From NCBI GenBank assembly GCA_002633005.1, contig NMRA01000743.1:106245-170244 (forward strand): DNA of 64,000 nt, in the 5' to 3' direction. The first letter of the stretch is position 1. The number at the start of each line of letters is the position of its first letter. The translations under genes and the position numbers were made by a program. Below are positions 53,401 to 63,910 of the stretch, piece by piece. The DNA comes from Phoronis australis. Its lineage: Eukaryota; Animalia; Phoronida. The notes below the pieces were generated by a model. That model did no database searches and was not told where the DNA came from. It saw only the letters and a program-made list of their open reading frames with translations.

Positions 53401-56400
53401 GTTGGTATCTGAAAGACGGTCACGCTTCATTGTATACTGACATGCTCAGGTTGGTACAGTACGTGGCTGAACTGGAGGACAGGGGAGATAATTGTGATAA
53501 AGACATGGAGCATAGGATGGCCAGTATACCACAGCGTCTCATAGGTAAGGAAGATAAACCAATGAGGACACAGAAGACGGGAAGGCAGTTACATCACAGG
53601 AGTCTGTAACTTTGCATGTTCATTAGATTTCTCGTAAATTAGAGCCTTCTGTTGAGTTACTCCAGTTGTTTTCAATGTAAAGAGTCTATTATAAAATCTT
53701 TCTTTCCATTAAACATTTTTTGCATTCTGTGTTGCAATTTGTTCTTATGTTTATTATCTGACAAACATAAGATGTTTGTAATAAGACTGAGTAATCTACA
53801 TGCATTCAAACATGGCACTACACTGTGTGTGAGAAACCTGAGTTTTCTTTGCTCTCCAAGATAAATGTTTAGATAGTAGTGTATAGCGATACTATTTTTT
53901 ACCTTTGGTGTAAAAGATCACAAAAAATCAAAAAAAAATTTATCGTCTGTTCATTATGACTCCACTCTGGAAAAATCTGTGGTCCATTTTCCTCCAACAA
54001 GTTTCATTTACTGGTCATGGCTCCTTAATAGTCTCTTGGCTCCTCTATATTTTATTGTATTTAAAATCTTCACCTTCATTGTCTTCTATTTATGCGGTTC
54101 TCCCATTGAGGAAGGCTAACAATAAATGAAACAAATAAATAAATCAATAAAAATAATAGAGACATGCCAGCTATTGAAAGTATAGTTAAAAACTGGACGA
54201 TTGCCGCACAAATGAAGAAGGTCATGATAAATCAATGTTTCGTCTATTCATTAGACATCAGGTTATTTACATAGGACAACAAGTGCCAACATACATCTCA
54301 GGTGACATCCATGAAGTGAAGTGAGATATACAGAGTAGTCAGTAGCTGGTCATCACCATAGTTGCAGGGTCACTGAGCTCTGCATGTTGTTCAGAGAATC
54401 AGTAGCATGATGGTTCTGAATGGCCAGTGACTCTTTAATGTGCAGTAATTCTTGGAAAGTTTCTGAAGAGGTTTGAAAACAACCATCAGTTCAACGGCTG
54501 GGTCTATGCAATGAGTGAGGCGAGATAATTGACGTTTCAATTTTATACCACAGGGCCCGGTGTAACCAAGAGAAAAGAAAACTTTCTTTTTCTTGTGTTC
54601 AATAACAGCTACCTTATCTGCCTTTGAAAGGAAGTGCCTTTTACAGCTATTCAAAAAATTCAGAGGGTCACCATTGGCACACAATGTTATTGTTATTGGA
54701 CCCGAGAAAAAGAAAGCTTTCTTTTCTCTTGGTTACACCGGGCCTAGTAATATAAAATTGAAATGTCAATTATCTCGCCTTATTCATTGCATAGACCCAG
54801 CCGTTGAACTGATAGTTGTTTTCAAACCTCTTCGGAAACTTTCCAGTATGCTATGTAAACTGAAGTCACCCATCCCATTATTGAAATGGAGCAATGTTGT
54901 TTATAAAGTTGAATGTGACAACTGTAAGGAATTCTATATCGTACTCACACACAGACGCCTCTGTGACAGGTTGAAAGAACCTCACACCTCAGAGAAAAGC
55001 AACATATAAAGGCATTGTGTTAACAACAATCATCAAGCCAATTCAGTTAGTGTTATCTGCAGTGAAACTAATAAGGAATTACTGTACATTAAAGAGTCAC
55101 TGGCCATTAAGAACCAGCATGCTACTGATTCTCTGAACAACATGTAGAGTTAAGTGACCCTGCAACTATGGTGATGACCAGCTACTGACTACTCTGTATC
55201 TCTCGCTTCACTTCATGGATGTCACCTGAGATGTATGTTGGCACTTGTTGTCCTATGTAAATATCCTGATGATATCTAACGAATATACGAAACGTTGATT
55301 TATCATGAACTTCTTCATTTGTGCTGCAATCGTCCAGGTATGAAATGTGATGAGGGCTGTTCCAGTAAAATCTGTATGGGAGGGGGGAAGGCACCTTTTT
55401 TTTGCACCCACCACCCATATTTTTCATTTATTTCTTCAGCCTACCACCCGTAATTTTTTATAAGTTTGAAATGCAACCACCCGTAATTTTTTTTTGTTCT
55501 TGTGGTTGACTGCCCAGGCGCTTGAGTTTATCTGTTCCTCCATCACCACTAACGGCATTCATTACTAAGAAAACATATGTTTCTTATATATGGTTATTAG
55601 CCATCGAGAAATTCGAGCACCTGTGGTTAACTGGTGTTATGGGCATGCCGATTAGGAGATCGGAGGGAATGAAAAAGTCGGAGCTTTTTGCAAGCTGCAT
55701 TTTTGTTTCAGTTTTTGATTCCGTGCGAATTGTTTATAAAATTTACTAAAATTACCCACCATCAAACATTTATGGCCCAATGAAACAACAACGACCTGTA
55801 AATTTTTATTTTTTTGAAGTACGACCACCAGCCATTTTGAATTTAAATCAAACGCAACCACCCATAAATTTTTATTTCAGTTGCCTTCCCCCCCTCCCAC
55901 ACAGATTTTGCTGGAACAGCCCTGAGCTATTTGAGCCATTTGTTTTATATATTTGCTCAAGAAGAACCCTGGTTATATAATGTGTACAAAAAGAACAGTG
56001 TTGCATTTTTGTATTTTGTTGTGAAGCTATCACATGTCTGTAATTCCAGACATTATGACAAAAGCCCAGAGCTGTATACAGACTGAAGACAAAAGTAAAC
56101 GACAATTCCACGCTGAACTACTGGAGCGACTAGTCCTAGTGGCAGAGGTGAGACTTCTATAGGTGTAGAACTCTCTTTGTGTTAGAGGTAGGGAAAGGTG
56201 TATCTTTGGCCTCATTTTGGAATTGTCAAGCAGATTCTAGGGATCATGTCTGAAAACATGCACATTCATAGATACTTGTCAAGTTTATACAACTCTGCCC
56301 TCAGAGTTGCAGCTTGAGGCGTGGTAGTGAAACTTTGCTGACATGAGAAGGTCGAATATAGTAACGGAGCTGAGAAAAACTTGTGGAAAGTGAGACGTCA

Positions 56401-59400
56401 ACAAATAACACGAGAAACTCCAGTGGCACAAAAGGAAAGCTATCAATTTAAAGTTCTTGCCGAGTATTACAGAATTGTGTTCAGATAGTGCGAGATTCGA
56501 GTGTGACTGTTTAATTCAAGATGACTGTATTTTAAGACCAGCTATATAATATCAGGCCATGGCCTTTTTGAGTATAAGACCATTTGTCTTTGAATATATG
56601 GCCATAACATATCTTTGAATATAAGTAAATGACATATCTTAGAATGTAAGGCCGTAAAATATCTTCAGATATAAGGCCTTAACATATCTTCGAATATAAG
56701 GCCTTAACATATCTTCGAATATAAGGCCTTAACATATCTTCAAATATAAGGCCTTAACATATCTTCGAATATAAGGCCGTAACATTCCTTCGAATAGAAG
56801 GCCTTAACATATCTTCGAATGTAAGGCTATAACATATTTTCGAATGTAAGTCCAGTCATCATTTTGTGTTTTCTGCCAATTGGCAATAACCATAATAAAC
56901 CATTCCTTGAGAATTTTCAAAGGTAAAACAAAGGAAAGCAATACAGGTGTTGTACAGTTGGGTCATGGCCTTATAGGTGAAATACTGCATTTACCGGGAA
57001 CATTCAAAAGTGCAATGATCCTGGAAAAAAGCTATGGCCTTGCTTTCAAAGAAAGGGTCTTACTCAAATTAGGTCATAGTCGTTTTATACGAGGTTTTGC
57101 GGTACATATGGTTTTCACTCGTCATGGAAAACGAAAAAGAAAACACTTCAATGTGGAATTTCACAAGATAACAGAAACCCTCAATTTGGAATCCTGCCCT
57201 CTAGTGTGAGCATTTGTGTGCGGAGCCCTTAACTTGAGAACGGCCACATTGCTTTTGGCAAATAAATGTGATGACCTGTTGTGGCTGGCTTAGTGTGTGG
57301 CATTGTTAGATCTCCCCAAACCTGTAAATTATTTCTAAACTTTGTAGGGAACAACTGGAGACCAATTTGAGGATGATTCGGGGTACAATAGAAAAGTTTG
57401 TGTTTTTGACATCAAAAATTAATCAGAAAATTTTTTGGCTTAAAATGTGATACCCTTTTTGCAGTTGATCACGGCTAACATTTTGCTGTTTCAGGGCTTG
57501 GAATTTTCCGCGGAAACGCGGATTTCCGTTTTTTTCAAATGTGCTTTCCGCTTTTTTATAATATTTCCGCGTAAAAAAATCTGATTTGATATAAAATTTC
57601 CGCGGCAAATTCCTTTCTTACCGCGGCGTTGCAGACAACGTTCACCTCGAAAAGCGAAGTTGCTCTTTATGTTTCGGAGGAAAGGAAATTGTCAACATTG
57701 CCGGAGCATCTGGGACAGCGTGGTGGGATTTTCAATGGCGTCTCGTGTTATTGTTAAGCGCGGCGACAAATACTACCGCTCTGCAGCCAAAAATGTGTGG
57801 GTTGGGAGTGGACGGGCGAGCTAAAAGGACACAGACGCATGCTACTGATGGTGGTAACCTTTTTTTTTTTTTTAGTCCCGATTTTTGTCGGGGAAAGGTT
57901 CACATTGACCATTTCAAGGCTGGTTATCGGGCATGATTTGGGCCGTAAAAGTTTCAAAGTTTCCGCGTTTTTCGTCATTGGTCATTCCAAGCCCTGCTGT
58001 TTATTGCCTTTACTTGATTAACGTGAACAGGCACAGGTCTGAGCAGTGCGCGCTTGCGGTTCAAAATGGTGAAGGCATAGACCAAAACCAAATCAGATGT
58101 TATATGCTGTATATGAAAAATTCTTATTTCCAAGTAATACTAATCGTTAACTCTCTATTAAATTTATCACTCAAGTTATTACTTCCATAACAATTTGTTT
58201 CCCAAGGGACGTATCCTTTGTAAATCTATTGCAAGTTTCCATGTACTGTTCTATAATTACTAATACAAATAGAGCCATCTGCTGTCAGCGAGCAAGGAGC
58301 TTTTTCCTCAGATTTTTGCATTGCTCCTAGGAATTAGCGATTCCAGTAATTAGGTTGTTCAAGGTATGCTTGCCAACAATAGGGATGGAAAGTGGTTACA
58401 TCACACCCCTAGCAACTACTGCAAGTTCGAGACGACAAATTTGGCGGTGGCCTATTCACTTGCCTTATCACATTTGTTCGAACTGACAAAATTCAATAAA
58501 AACAACTTTTTAAAATCTGTAACTCATGCTACAGTATCTGTGAACCATATTGACCACAAGTTTTTTAAAATGGAGTTTAACTGGTGATTTTCTATTAATT
58601 AAAATTTTTGACACGGCTTCCATGGGGAAGTGGCAAGAGTTATAACCAAGATGGCGGAATCCCATAGACTACCCTCAGAACGGTGACCATATTTTCCATC
58701 CGTATTGACTGCTTTAAGATGTTGTGTGCAATAAATTGTTCACTGTTCACTTGCAGTCGATATCCTACCTGACGGTGTTGACGGCTGCTTGTTATCGTCT
58801 GCTCAAACCAATTAAAGCGGCCATTTTGAAAATAAGGAAGAAAAAGAAAGAATCCAACACTGAAATGGTAAGAAGTTCAAGAGGTCACCTAAGGTGTTTT
58901 TGTTATTCTGTCAGCAAGTATTGTCAAGGACAATATCCTCATCTGGTATCTAGTATTTATGGTTTTAACTCGCTCACCCTGACTACATATGGTATTAAAC
59001 ATTACCTTAATTTCCATGACAGTGTACACATACGTCTGGGGTGGAGACATCGGAGTGTTGTACCTGTGAAACTAGGGCTAGAACTCACCCCAGTTTTACC
59101 TTTGTGATGTGTCTGGTTTAGCTTATTTGAGAAATCTGTTGTTTTTTTAGATGGAAGTTGAATTTATTGGCTAGTTTAGTTTGATGTAAATGCCAACTTG
59201 TCTCGTACGATCAGCTCAGATTTGAAAACGTTTGGTGACATTCTTAACGTGTACAATGATGCAGACTTGAGAGCAGCTATAAACCTGTGTTCAGTCCAAG
59301 AGGCGATATTTTGATTTGATCACTTATTTCTTATTCAGATGAAAAAAGGATTTCTGGGTTTTCAAAAGATTTTAGTAGTTCACTTTTGCTTGAAACCATG

Positions 59401-60703
59401 CTCGGAACATGAAATGATGCACTGTGACAATGCACTGTGACAATGCACTGTGACAAGCCAGCTTGTAGAGCCAAGTCTCAAGCAGTAAGAAACTGTCAAT
59501 TATTTTGAAGACCTGAAAATTTCCAGATTGACAAAGGAACAGTGTGACACCAATCTCAAACAGTGATTGGTCTAAATGAAAGGTTGGTTTTGTGTCAGAA
59601 GGCAGGTTTACAGCTGCAGCTTTGAAGCAGTGAAGTTCTCCTTTGTACGCAAGTCCTCCCGTTTCAGCCCGCCATTTTCACAAGCTACAAGAGTTTAGTG
59701 TCAGGGCTGGAGTCAGCTGCCAAACAGTTGCTAGAGGCGTTCCAGCAAACCCACCCCACCACAGTGCCAGATATATCAGTTCTCAGTCTTGACAGCACTT
59801 GTCCCTTCAGTCAGGTAAGAATGTGGTCATTGTGTGAGTTGTACTAGTGTTTCTTCTCACCTCAGGTAGGTGGAGTCAAAGGTTTGCACTTGTGTGTCTT
59901 TGAACTTCATGTAGGCTGTTACGAAGTTATGCTTGTATGGCATCTTGCTTGACATTGGATGAATTGTGTGTTTCAGTTTTGCATTGGGGGCCATTGAAAA
60001 TTGTGGATAGTCTAGTGCCTGAATCTAAAAAGCTCACTACTTTCCCCAAGTCGAGTGGTACTCAGGCAGGCATTTAAGCCTGGAATTGACAAAAATAGTT
60101 TCCACGTATGGAAAACGGGACATTAAAATAGGAGAAAAAAACGTGGAAAATTTCATAAGATCGTGGCAGCATACCGTAGATGGGAGAAAGCAAGAAAACA
60201 CAAAATCACACGAATGAAAGGTGTTTTGCGAGTATGCTAGACACCTTACGATGTGACTTAAGAAAATGGCAGCTACTGAAGTTACCAGCCAGTGAGGTTG
60301 GAATTTTGAATTATGGGATAGAATTCGTGAATTATTGATACCGTGGTTTTGCTGTAACTATTCTTTCCTTTTACCTTAATTTTACTACACAGACATGGTC
60401 ACATTATCCAGTTAAAGGAAGATTGGTATGAAGTCAAAAGTCAAATTTTACAGAAAACACATACATTTACCCAGGGGTTAAAGTTTATAATACTTTTGCA
60501 CTAGATATTTTGCTAAATTCACAGATTTCTTGATAAGGGCTTATGTAACCTTAAGTGTTATTTTCTTCAACTTTCAGGAGCTGTGTATAATTGAACAAGA
60601 TGTAGTAAAGAAGGTAGAGACGAGTTACCAAGAGACAACTAAGGAAATGGCGGAGTATGTGAATAAGAAAGTTAAATTTCTTGGCTCAATTCACTTGAGC
60701 TAA
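26393..60703 (+). CDS. NAA25: N-alpha-acetyltransferase 25, NatB auxiliary subunit (MDM20 family); 26 coding exons, 2877 nt, 958 aa
   Basis: Begins MAGRSHVDVSERRLRPVYDCLDGGNNKKAVQEADKVLKK; contains LFMAYVRVGDYRKQQQVA, NPYYFWGVMS, LRGPYLA, EIKNVQNDTLGY, YKFGSF, DNRD...SWDPP. All 26 GT-AG exons join in phase with no stop when one copy of each duplicated exon is used. Confidence 0.96.
26628..27570. repeat. Long inverted repeat (arms about 26628-27015 and 27210-27570) in NAA25 intron 1
   Basis: aaagagaaaggtacacaactgacattcaatatggccgtctgc pairs with gcagacggccatattgaatgtcagttgtgtacctttctcttt; complementarity continues along the arms. Confidence 0.88.
28158..28489. mobile_element. Degenerate hAT-like MITE
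   Basis: CAGGGCCCTCA...TGAGGCCCTTG imperfect TIR; internal repeated aaaattcccc motifs. Confidence 0.35.
31696..31781 (+). CDS. NAA25: NAA25 exon 2
   Basis: ctcag|AC TGT TTG GAT...GCC AAG|gtaggt. Confidence 0.93.
32517..32655 (+). CDS. NAA25: NAA25 exon 3
   Basis: tgccag|GTA TTG AAA GGT (VLKGLAL...PTDDSTL)...ACT G|gtgagt. Confidence 0.93.
33001..33197 (+). CDS. NAA25: NAA25 exon 4
   Basis: cccag|TT GAA AAG...NPYYFWGVMSVVLQ|gtgaga. Confidence 0.95.
33643..33742 (+). CDS. NAA25: NAA25 exon 5
   Basis: ctctag|GCT CAA GAG...FLPLARKM...GCA G|gtaaga. Confidence 0.92.
35381..35461 (+). CDS. NAA25: NAA25 exon 6
   Basis: tttcag|AA GTA TTC TTG TAT (EVFLYLMIL)...GCT G|gtaagt. Confidence 0.92.
35792..35903 (+). 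CDS. NAA25: NAA25 exon 7
   Basis: ccgcag|CC AAG ATT...RWPDVNAAYRKLL...AG|gtatgc. Confidence 0.9.
37479..37568 (+). CDS. NAA25: NAA25 exon 8
   Basis: ttacag|T CCA GAT AAC TGG (PDNWQYY)...GG|gtaact. Confidence 0.9.
38044..38201 (+). CDS. NAA25: NAA25 exon 9
   Basis: tttcag|G GAT CCT...LRGPYLAKMEF...ATG T|gtgagt. Confidence 0.92.
39388..39497 (+). CDS. NAA25: NAA25 exon 10, copy 1
   Basis: ttgcag|GT TTG TAT...YFEKFSSKHCCFSDM...AAG|gtaaac; 110 nt. Confidence 0.85.
40046..40155 (+). CDS. NAA25: NAA25 exon 10, copy 2 (haplotype duplicate across N 39742)
   Basis: Identical by eye to 39388-39497. Confidence 0.85.
40784..40852 (+). CDS. NAA25: NAA25 exon 11
   Basis: ttccag|TTA ACG AAA...GCT GAT|gtaagt; 69 nt, phase 0-0. 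Confidence 0.85.
42437..42520 (+). mobile_element. tRNA-derived SINE-like remnant (duplicate at about 43645-43725)
   Basis: A-box-like TAGCACAGCGG, B-box-like GGTTCAAAGC about 45 nt later, then an A-run; no full cloverleaf. Confidence 0.4.
42977..43112 (+). CDS. NAA25: NAA25 exon 12, copy 1
   Basis: ttatag|GCT AAG CAA (AKQVQSHLSVLQLSRYL)...TTT G|gtaagg; 136 nt. Confidence 0.85.
43218..43613 (-). mobile_element. hAT-like element, same family as 23168-24050, inverted
   Basis: Ends GCTCGTTATGTCGAGCCCTG, the reverse complement of the 23168 terminus; absent at the homologous site near 42405. Confidence 0.75.
44190..44325 (+). CDS. NAA25: NAA25 exon 12, copy 2 (haplotype duplicate across N 43217)
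   Basis: Identical by eye to 42977-43112. Confidence 0.85.
44662..45248. repeat. 15-bp minisatellite (GCAGTGCATACATAA)n, about 39 units
   Basis: Read directly; left units degenerate, right units perfect. Confidence 0.97.
45517..45606 (+). CDS. NAA25: NAA25 exon 13
   Basis: cctcag|GA AAA GAC (GKDLLSTDLQHGDSY)...ACA G|gtgagt. Confidence 0.92.
45766..45924. repeat. 17-bp minisatellite (CATGATGGGTTACTACC)n, about 9 units
   Basis: Read directly; each period holds the hairpin ATGGGT-TACT-ACCCAT. Confidence 0.97.
46378..46558 (+). CDS. NAA25: NAA25 exon 14
   Basis: gtgtag|GT GAT GAC...SPSNFQMKILL...NDTLG GG|gtaaga. Confidence 0.94.
46987..47086 (+). CDS. NAA25: NAA25 exon 15
   Basis: ttccag|G TAT TTG...LRFFTVNHKE|gtatga. 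Confidence 0.92.
48225..48272 (+). CDS. NAA25: NAA25 exon 16
   Basis: tttcag|ITEQLTTSYKFGSFCK|gtaaga. Confidence 0.92.
48587..48690 (+). CDS. NAA25: NAA25 exon 17
   Basis: taacag|IIEFINFRERLQNSLQYA...ERMLIDL...AG|gtgcac (weak donor). Confidence 0.88.
49237..49289 (+). CDS. NAA25: NAA25 exon 18
   Basis: tttcag|T CTC CAA...AAT G|gtaggt; phase 2 to 1 bridges exons 17 and 19. Confidence 0.82.
49632..50220. mobile_element. Foldback element with arms of about 150 bp and three internal 56-bp tandem units (49924-50092)
   Basis: ggatccgtcaactaaaaactatctaccacaac pairs with gttgtggtagatagtgtttaggtgacggatcc; atattaggcaa pairs with ttgcctaatat. Confidence 0.75.
50309..50381 (+). CDS. NAA25: NAA25 exon 19
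   Basis: tttcag|AT AAA ACT (WEELTDNRDMSFLLSWDPP) AG|gtaatt. Confidence 0.92.
51010..51052 (+). CDS. NAA25: NAA25 exon 20
   Basis: ttcaaag|G TGT ATC...SFNEE|gtaagt; phase 2 to 0. Confidence 0.8.
52151..52342 (+). CDS. NAA25: NAA25 exon 21
   Basis: ttgtag|KAWLHMRNLLLRSLAA...DPIE|gtgagt. Confidence 0.9.
53367..53544 (+). CDS. NAA25: NAA25 exon 22
   Basis: ccccag|YPIQGPFRTRI...ATA G|gtaagg. Confidence 0.9.
54193..54684 (-). mobile_element. Penelope-like retroelement 3' fragment with internal deletion
   Basis: NGDPLNFL...KKKVFFSLGYTG linker peptide; reverse complement of 54686-55337 minus about 250 bp. Confidence 0.75.
54686..55337 (+). mobile_element. Penelope-like retroelement 3' fragment with decayed GIY-YIG endonuclease
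   Basis: KSPIPLLKWSNVVYKVECDNCKEFYIVLTHRRLCDRLKE..., stop, then HCVNNNH...LYIKESLAIK; matches the PLE pattern VVY-CxxC-YIG-T-R-L-R-EH...H...E. Confidence 0.85.
55257..55303 (+). ncRNA. Degenerate minimal hammerhead-ribozyme-like motif in the PLE terminal repeat (second copy on - at 54227-54270)
   Basis: CTGATGA (55266-55272)...GAAAC-GTTG (55289-55297); the minus-strand copy keeps the stem GTCTA-atgaa-TAGAC before GAAAC. Confidence 0.55.
55354..55922. mobile_element. PIF/Harbinger-like MITE with TIRs of about 40 bp and 3-bp TSD TGA
   Basis: TGA|GGGCTGTTCCAGTAAAATCTGTATGGGAGGGGGGAAGGCA...TGCCTTCCCCCCCTCCCACACAGATTTTGCTGGAACAGCCC|TGA. Confidence 0.85.
56050..56147 (+). CDS. NAA25: NAA25 exon 23
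   Basis: ttccag|AC ATT ATG...LLERLVLVAE|gtgaga. Confidence 0.88.
56549..56852. repeat. 25-bp minisatellite (ATAAGGCCTTAACATATCTTCGAAT)n, about 12 units
   Basis: Read directly; central units best conserved. Confidence 0.92.
57492..57996. mobile_element. hAT-like MITE
   Basis: 13-bp perfect TIR CAGGGCTTGGAAT...ATTCCAAGCCCTG; CTGTTT repeated on both flanks; internal repeated TTTCCGCG. Confidence 0.75.
58757..58867 (+). CDS. NAA25: NAA25 exon 24 (basic KIRKKKKE patch)
   Basis: ttgcag|SISYLTVLTAACYRLLKP...EM|gtaaga. Confidence 0.9.
59668..59814 (+). CDS. NAA25: NAA25 exon 25
   Basis: tttcag|PAIFTSYKSLVSGLE...FSQ|gtaaga; open, phase 0-0. Confidence 0.87.
60578..60703 (+). CDS. NAA25: NAA25 exon 26 (terminal)
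   Basis: tttcag|ELCIIEQDVVKKVETSYQETTKEM...LS then TAA. Confidence 0.9.
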   Translation, partial: ELCIIEQDVVKKVETSYQETTKEMAEYVNKKVKFLGSIHLS

Positions 60704-60900
60704 ATTTAGCCTTTCAGTGCTGGAGACGCACCTGTTGTTAATTTGTACACATGAGTGTACTTTGGTCAGCCCGTCAATGTGCTTTTCACCATCAATTATG
60801 CAATTCTAAAGTCAGTGGTGATATCGTTTATTTGTAATTTGTGTCTACCAACAAGTGCAGGAGAGATTAGTGGGCTTATTGTTGGTCCGTGTTTTGTAAT

Positions 60901-60906
60901 AATAAA
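60901..60906 (+). terminator. Candidate NAA25 polyadenylation signal
   Basis: AATAAA about 200 nt after the stop, then ATTAAA and a GT-rich tract. Confidence 0.55.
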
Positions 60907-63469
60907 TTATACATTAAAAATAATTTCTGGTGTTTCTGCTGTGCACCTTCATTTTGGTTGATATGAATATATCGATATGATCATAATTTATAGTGCATTC
61001 ATGGAAAACTTCTGATCATTTATCACTGCTCAGTGAAATCATATAAATTATTGCAACTAAAATCTATCAACAATCCATAATAGTGGTAGATACGAGTTCA
61101 TGTAAAAAATCTAATGAAAAATAATGATCACCTATGTAGCCTGTATTTTCAGGACTAATGCCTTTAAATTTTATGATAATGTGGCTGTAAATAGCATGCT
61201 CATTCGATATGAAGTTCATCTATTTCCGGGTGACGTTATCATGTTCATTTCTGCATATTGTATACTTAGTTTTTGAAACGATTTTGGTGGGTTTTCCTCA
61301 TTTTCGAAAAAAATTGAATCGTGGGCTATCCCATCAAACTCCTAAGGCTATGTGGATAGGCACTAATATTGTCTCTATCATATCTCCCATTCAATTTATT
61401 CAAAATACATCTTAAATTGTTGAGTTTTCACACTTCAAACTAAGAATCCGACCTCAAGTCCACTCACTCATTGGCTAATTTTCTCAGTTACGCTAGAACT
61501 AAAATTGCACATCGTCTCAAGATTAGGTATGCGTCAACTCGGCCCTTTTGGGTTTCCCAATCCATCTCGACTTTCAAATGTGAACAAGGTCAGGTAAATC
61601 TGGCTTTCAATGTAAAATTGATAGGATTGGTTAAAAAACGTATTGCCTGGAAACGAATTTCCTCCAAGTTTTAAAGAAGTGGCAAGGAGGTTTCAAATGT
61701 GTAAAAAAAACGTTAAAATTCGCCAATTAATCGTTTGAATACGGCATGCAATGCAGTTGATGGTGAATGGTCACGGTGGAAGGAAGAAATTTGATCTTCA
61801 CTGCATAAGCCTTCAGTATGGTTTTAAGAAGGTCTCGTTTGGCGCCAAAAACAAACCACCATACTCTTAAAAGGGGAAAGCCACTGTTTTTGATGTTACC
61901 TAAAATGCACATCCCTGGTTACCAGCATTCTTGTCTTTCACAGATTACTCAATGATGGTGAATACATAACCAAGATGCTGGCTCTTTGTTGGGCTGTTGA
62001 CATCACTTGGTATTGTTTCATGGACAGTACATACTCGCCAAGGCAATAGTAATTAACACAGAACAGTGTCTACAGAGAAATCACGGATGTGCATTTTTAT
62101 TCAGAGCAACGTGAAAAATGATCACTTTCCCTTCAAGACTTCACTAGTCAGTTGTATGCAGTCCTGTGTTGTTATGAAATCTGAATTAATCTTGCTCAAA
62201 TTCTGCTAACAAAGAACCACTAAATGTTTGAATTGTCACCACACTTGTTTACTTGCCAGTGCATTAGGTTTTCTGACGGATCTGAATGACATTTCATAAG
62301 TTGAAATTGTCTTATTTTGCAGAATACGGTTACCAATAGAGGGAGTAAAGTGTTTTAGTGACTTAGTATGTAAACGGCATCAAATCACTATTTCAAAGCT
62401 TTTCATTCATGATTTCAGTTCTGACACTAGGAATGTTAACGGGCAGAACTTGATAGAGCCAGTGACAAAACAATAATTGGTGCAGTGCAAGATTTATTTC
62501 CACACAGAACATTGCTATCAGACAATAAATCCATTTTAAAATTTTGACACATTTTCATTTACTGCTCAAAACCAGTATGACATGATAGAAAAAAAGTTTA
62601 CAAAACCAAAGTTTACAAAAATCTACATGGAATTAAAACACTACTTCTGTTCCAGGCTCTCTGTAGATCAGTTACGTTGACATTAAGTTGCACTGAATAC
62701 ATCCTGTTAAGTCCAGGTTAAACTGAATACACATGATTTACAGCACCTTACTGGGCTCTTAAATTGCATAATTTTCTAGAATGTCTGGAGCACAATCTTA
62801 CTCCCAGACAGCACACGTAGTCTCATCAACAATAATTCTTTTCTCATGAACGCAATTCTTGCCTGGCTGGGTTTCTTTTTCTCATGCATTATGTTCTTAC
62901 AAACTTGTGTCCCTCATGATGAACTCAAATGGCGAATTCAAATATTAAGACTACCATCTCTTAATAATCATCGCTTAGTTTCCGATTTTTTGAACTCTGA
63001 CATGGGATATGATTTGCATAATCTTCATACCGTGTCTCACCTGCTTCCTATGTCACCTCAGATCTGTCAGCAATAGTCAGATATTACGTGCCCATATTTA
63101 GAGAACCAGTTTGATGCCCGTTATTCAGTGGACAAAACTGGTTCTCAAAATTCAGGCGCATTATATCCGACCATTATATATCTGTCTAGACTATAACGGC
63201 ACAGTTGCAGTTTGTGAAAAAAATGTATTTGTACGAACAGAATTGCAGTGCATGACAACAGAATACAGCTCTTGAGAGACAAGACTACGATCATAAAAGA
63301 TCACTGTTAGCGAGAACGTCTGTGCACTGTCTCGGGAAGGAAGGTTGCCCACCTTAACAAGTAGACTCGGCAACAATTAATCATACAATCATTCATCCAG
63401 CTACTGAATACAGTGTACATTATTCCAAAGATTATGATACAGTTGATTTCTCGTGATGGCAATTGACTC

Positions 63470-63910
63470 AAGTTCAATACAAACGTCACGTGACAACAAC
63501 ATATGTGTTCGTCCAGATTTTTCTCGTTGCCGGGTGCGTTCTAGCGCAGATTTTAACTTAATCTGCGGTTAATACCGACTCCGAGTCCACAGGAACTTAA
63601 GAATCTTAGGACAGGCTATTTGGAAAACTTAAGCAGGATTTGAGGCAATTTGAGTCGAAACTATTTTTACTCAATTCAAGTTGTCCTATCGACGATCGCG
63701 AAGCAGCGACGCATCAGTCGGCAAGTTTTCGCCCTGGGATTTCAGCACATTTTTTTAAAGATTAACAACAGAGTTTGATAGCAATGCACCACAGTTTTGT
63801 AGAAAGTCTGTCATAGGTTACACATACGTCACAGCGGAGACCGGGTTTTAACCGCCGTGGGCTACAAAAAGCGTCCCCTGGAAGCTTATTATTAGGGCAA
63901 GAATACGGTA
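63470..63910 (+). mobile_element. Second copy of the 1140-1645 repeat, ending in Tc2-like TACGG|TA
   Basis: Colinear similarity to 1140-1645. Confidence 0.6.

Noticed and set aside
54106-54145. ttgaggaagg...gaaac as a third hammerhead-like motif
   Set aside because: It lacks the CUGANGA core and a pairing stem II.
56549-56852. 25-bp repeats with short palindromes, superficially CRISPR-like (also the 17-bp array at 45766)
   Set aside because: Units are contiguous with no unique spacers, there are no cas genes and the context is a spliceosomal intron.
60950-63460. Possible further gene downstream of NAA25
   Set aside because: No convincing exon or recognisable peptide on either strand.
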